A DNA stretch of 46,414 nt from an uncultured Candidatus Saccharibacteria bacterium. GTDB lineage: Bacteria; Patescibacteriota; Minisyncoccia; Phycocordibacterales; Zambryskibacteraceae. The stretch spans positions 1-46,414 of the forward strand of contig CAYVDB010000004.1 in assembly GCA_964450705.1 (NCBI GenBank), in the 5' to 3' direction. The notes beneath the pieces were generated by a model that saw only the letters and a program-made list of their open reading frames with translations, had not been told where the DNA came from and searched no databases. This document shows positions 44,338 to 46,414 of this stretch, piece after piece; within the stretch, counting starts at the first letter, position 1, and each line of letters starts with the position of its first letter. Position numbers and translations under genes: made by a program.

Positions 44338-45984
44338 CTAATAAGTTCTGAACTCGTCCAGAGGTCGGAGCAAATCAGGACATGAAGGCACGAAAGTGCC
44401 TTTTTGTCTTTCTAATACAGCGTTTTGAGAGGTTCGAGCAGAAGCAACTTGCGCCTCTACCTTTTCCTTGCTCTCAAGCATGCTCAAGAAGAAAGGATGC
44501 AGGTGAACATTGAGTTTTTGGTCTTTTACGATGAGGTTCGAACCTAAACAGCCCAGAATTGCTTTCTTAGTTTCTTCATCGCCATGTTCAAACCAAACAC
44601 GCGCATAACGTGCAAAATCAAATGCCTGTTCAGTCAGTTCTACCCACTTATCCATTTCAACACTTCCTTGTTTCAAGCCCTCCTCAAGGGCAATTTTTTG
44701 CCTCTGAAGGTCTCCTTTCATTTCCTTTAGCTCTGTTGCAGACATAATGCTTCCATCCTTATTCTCTGGTGAGCTATACGTCAGCATCAATTGAGAAATT
44801 CGTGCGTTTACCGACTCCAGTTCTTTATTTCTGTTCTGAAGCACCACTTCATGTGTCTCCGCTTCATTCTTACGAAGCTCATGCAGATACTTGATTGCCC
44901 AATCTCTAAATCGTTCGGAGATTGTGATACTTGATAGCACCTCATCAATTTGCGCATTCAAATCTTTGATTTCGATTGAACGTTCAACACAGTTAGCGTC
45001 CTTGCGTTTTGTGCAATGGTAATAAACGTAATTGTGAACGTTGCCATTCTTTTGACGCTTCGTTTTTGTTTCCGCCGTAATAGAGCTACCACATGAACCA
45101 CATCTCATCATTCCAGTGAAAGCAAAAACGTGTTTCTTAGGTCTTGGTCTTCCTTTTCTGCCAAGCAAGCTTTGAACACGGTCAAATTCTTCTGCCGTAA
45201 TGATTGCTTTGTGGTTTCCTTGAATCCAATTGCCACTACCTACTGGGTATTCGAAACTTCCGTAATAAAAAGAATTTGAAAGAAGCGCATATACACCATT
45301 GCGAGAGATAAGACCTCCGCCAATCTTCTTTCTCTTGATAGTGGTCAAACCCATCTCTTTGGCTTTGTGCCAGATTTGCAGTACTGAATAATTACCAGTA
45401 AGCATCAAATCAAAAACCTGACGAACAAGATGGAAACGTTCTGGGTCAATTTCAATTTCTTTGAATCCTTTCTCTCTACCTGGAGTGCTTTTATAACCAA
45501 CAGGTGCAATGCCTGGTAGCCATCCTTTCTCTGCTTTGTTTTTCAAACCACGCTTCACATTCACTGAAAGGTCTCTGACAAATTGATTCGCCATTCCAAA
45601 CTCCATTGCCATCACCAAAACATTATCTGACGGCAAGTAAAACTTCTCATGAGTTCTGATACTCTGCATTTTGCCACTTTGAAGCAGGTCAATGATTGCG
45701 CCACCGTCAACAAAGTTTCTTGCCAATCTATCTAACTTCCAACAAAGCACGCCATCTGCTTCACCTGTATAGAGTCGTCCAATCATTTGATTGAACACAG
45801 GACGACCAGGTGCTTTTGCTGATTGTGATTCCGAGAAGGTTTCCACAACATTCAAATTGTATTCACGAGCGACTCTCGTAAGCTCTTTGATTTGGTCATC
45901 AATGGACGCCGCCTGACGGTCTTCTGACTCGCTGGATTTTCGAGCGTACAGAAAGTATTTAGTTTTACTTGTTGTGTTCTTCAT
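44338..45984 (-). CDS. Large serine recombinase (second copy, divergent sequence)
   Basis: YFLYARKSSESEDRQ...WKLDRLARN (resolvase domain), a recombinase domain, a Zn ribbon (CGSCGSS...YYHCTKRKDANC) and a coiled coil. An extended -10 (TGATATAAT) lies just upstream. Confidence 0.85.
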   Translation of the reverse strand: MKNTTSKTKYFLYARKSSESEDRQAASIDDQIKELTRVAREYNLNVVETFSESQSAKAPGRPVFNQMIGRLYTGEADGVLCWKLDRLARNFVDGGAIIDLLQSGKMQSIRTHEKFYLPSDNVLVMAMEFGMANQFVRDLSVNVKRGLKNKAEKGWLPGIAPVGYKSTPGREKGFKEIEIDPERFHLVRQVFDLMLTGNYSVLQIWHKAKEMGLTTIKRKKIGGGLISRNGVYALLSNSFYYGSFEYPVGSGNWIQGNHKAIITAEEFDRVQSLLGRKGRPRPKKHVFAFTGMMRCGSCGSSITAETKTKRQKNGNVHNYVYYHCTKRKDANCVERSIEIKDLNAQIDEVLSSITISERFRDWAIKYLHELRKNEAETHEVVLQNRNKELESVNARISQLMLTYSSPENKDGSIMSATELKEMKGDLQRQKIALEEGLKQGSVEMDKWVELTEQAFDFARYARVWFEHGDEETKKAILGCLGSNLIVKDQKLNVHLHPFFLSMLESKEKVEAQVASARTSQNAVLERQKGTFVPSCPDLLRPLDEFRTY

Positions 45985-46414
45985 CACTATATTACTATTA
46001 TATCAATCCTGACGTAACCTGACAATAGCCCGACTTCTACCCCTGAAGACAAACTACGGGCAGTACACATAACTCTATGTATCAGATGACTTGGACACAC
46101 CACCGAACCCCCTACGAAGTCACTCCATCCAGCATTTACACGTGACTTCCTTCTAATTCGATGCATGTCCTGGGCGCATACGACACTTTTCAGAGAGCTG
46201 GGCGAGAAGTCGTACACTCGTTTTCCCAGCTTTCGCAAAAATGCCTTATACACCCCTTGAGGTTTGACGTACGACTTGCTTAGGGTCGCACGCTTTTATG
46301 AGAGCTTTTTACCTGTGTTCCCTGAGCCAGGTTTGCCATCTGAATTGTCGTTTCCTTTAGCCAGTCCTTTTTTATTGGGCGGTAGATGTTGTCAAAGAGC
46401 ACCAGGAGGTTACT

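Larger units (their letters stand above)
35418..45987. mobile_element. Integrative element(s) inserted at the 3' end of tRNA-Asn; the right boundary is not identified and may lie beyond the window
   Basis: The element is adjacent to a tRNA. It carries two large serine recombinases, an excisionase-family HTH, a Type III R-M system, a replication-initiator-like gene and ORFans. All major genes lie on the minus strand. Confidence 0.7.

Noticed and set aside
45987-46253. 88-aa minus-strand ORF upstream of the second recombinase
   Set aside because: The translation is Ser/Val/Cys/Arg-rich and non-protein-like. It is probably a chance ORF in GC-rich non-coding DNA.
46285-46290. Minus-strand GTGCGA resembling a group II intron 5' end (GUGYG)
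   Set aside because: There is no domain V-like hairpin, no RT/maturase ORF and no AY 3' end that I could find. The downstream gene is a serine recombinase, not an intron-encoded protein.
1-46414. Search for CRISPR arrays, rRNA genes, IS terminal inverted repeats and long tandem repeats
   Set aside because: I found none by eye. No regularly spaced 25-40 bp direct repeats and no rRNA-like conserved blocks are present.

Overview
This 46.4 kb window is AT-rich and tightly packed, and mostly holds housekeeping operons. The gene content and several trimmed-down proteins suggest a small-genome, Patescibacteria/CPR-like bacterium; this is inference, as no rRNA is present to confirm it.

Core genes, in order:
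- rmuC (partial), a yqeY-like gene, an orphan TraD/VirD4-like ATPase, ogt, a PepSY protein and a VOC-fold protein.
- The dcw block mraZ-rsmH-ftsL-ftsI-murF.
- greA-lysS.
- The rod-shape block mreB-mreC-mreD-mrdA.
- proS, rseP, frr, holB, a second mreB, priA, def-fmt and hpf.
- Two tRNAs: Glu-CUC and Asn-GUU.

Accessory content:
1. At 7.17-10.5 kb, next to tRNA-Glu, sits a compact thiazole/oxazole-type (TOMM/LAP) RiPP locus. It has an untracked 42-aa Cys/Ser/Thr/Gly-rich precursor gene with its own promoter, SD and terminator. It also has an HExxH peptidase and a single 726-aa ORF fusing an RRE-like domain, a SagB-type dehydrogenase and a YcaO cyclodehydratase. This is my top candidate for the new system.
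2. An integrative element of at least 10.6 kb abuts tRNA-Asn. It carries two large serine recombinases, an HTH-mod-res (Type III R-M)-integrase operon, a gene II/CRI-like replication protein and unknown genes. The first integrase ORF terminates inside the tRNA on the opposite strand.
3. A roughly 430-nt GC-rich, hairpin-rich unit at 20.1-20.56 kb has a near-consensus promoter and an intrinsic terminator but no credible ORF. I treat it as an unidentified structured RNA.
4. Visibly GC-richer ORFan cassettes, each with its own hairpin terminator, are interspersed between the AT-rich core operons.
5. The PriA homolog has lost both its Walker A and DExH motifs.

No CRISPR array or rRNA was seen.
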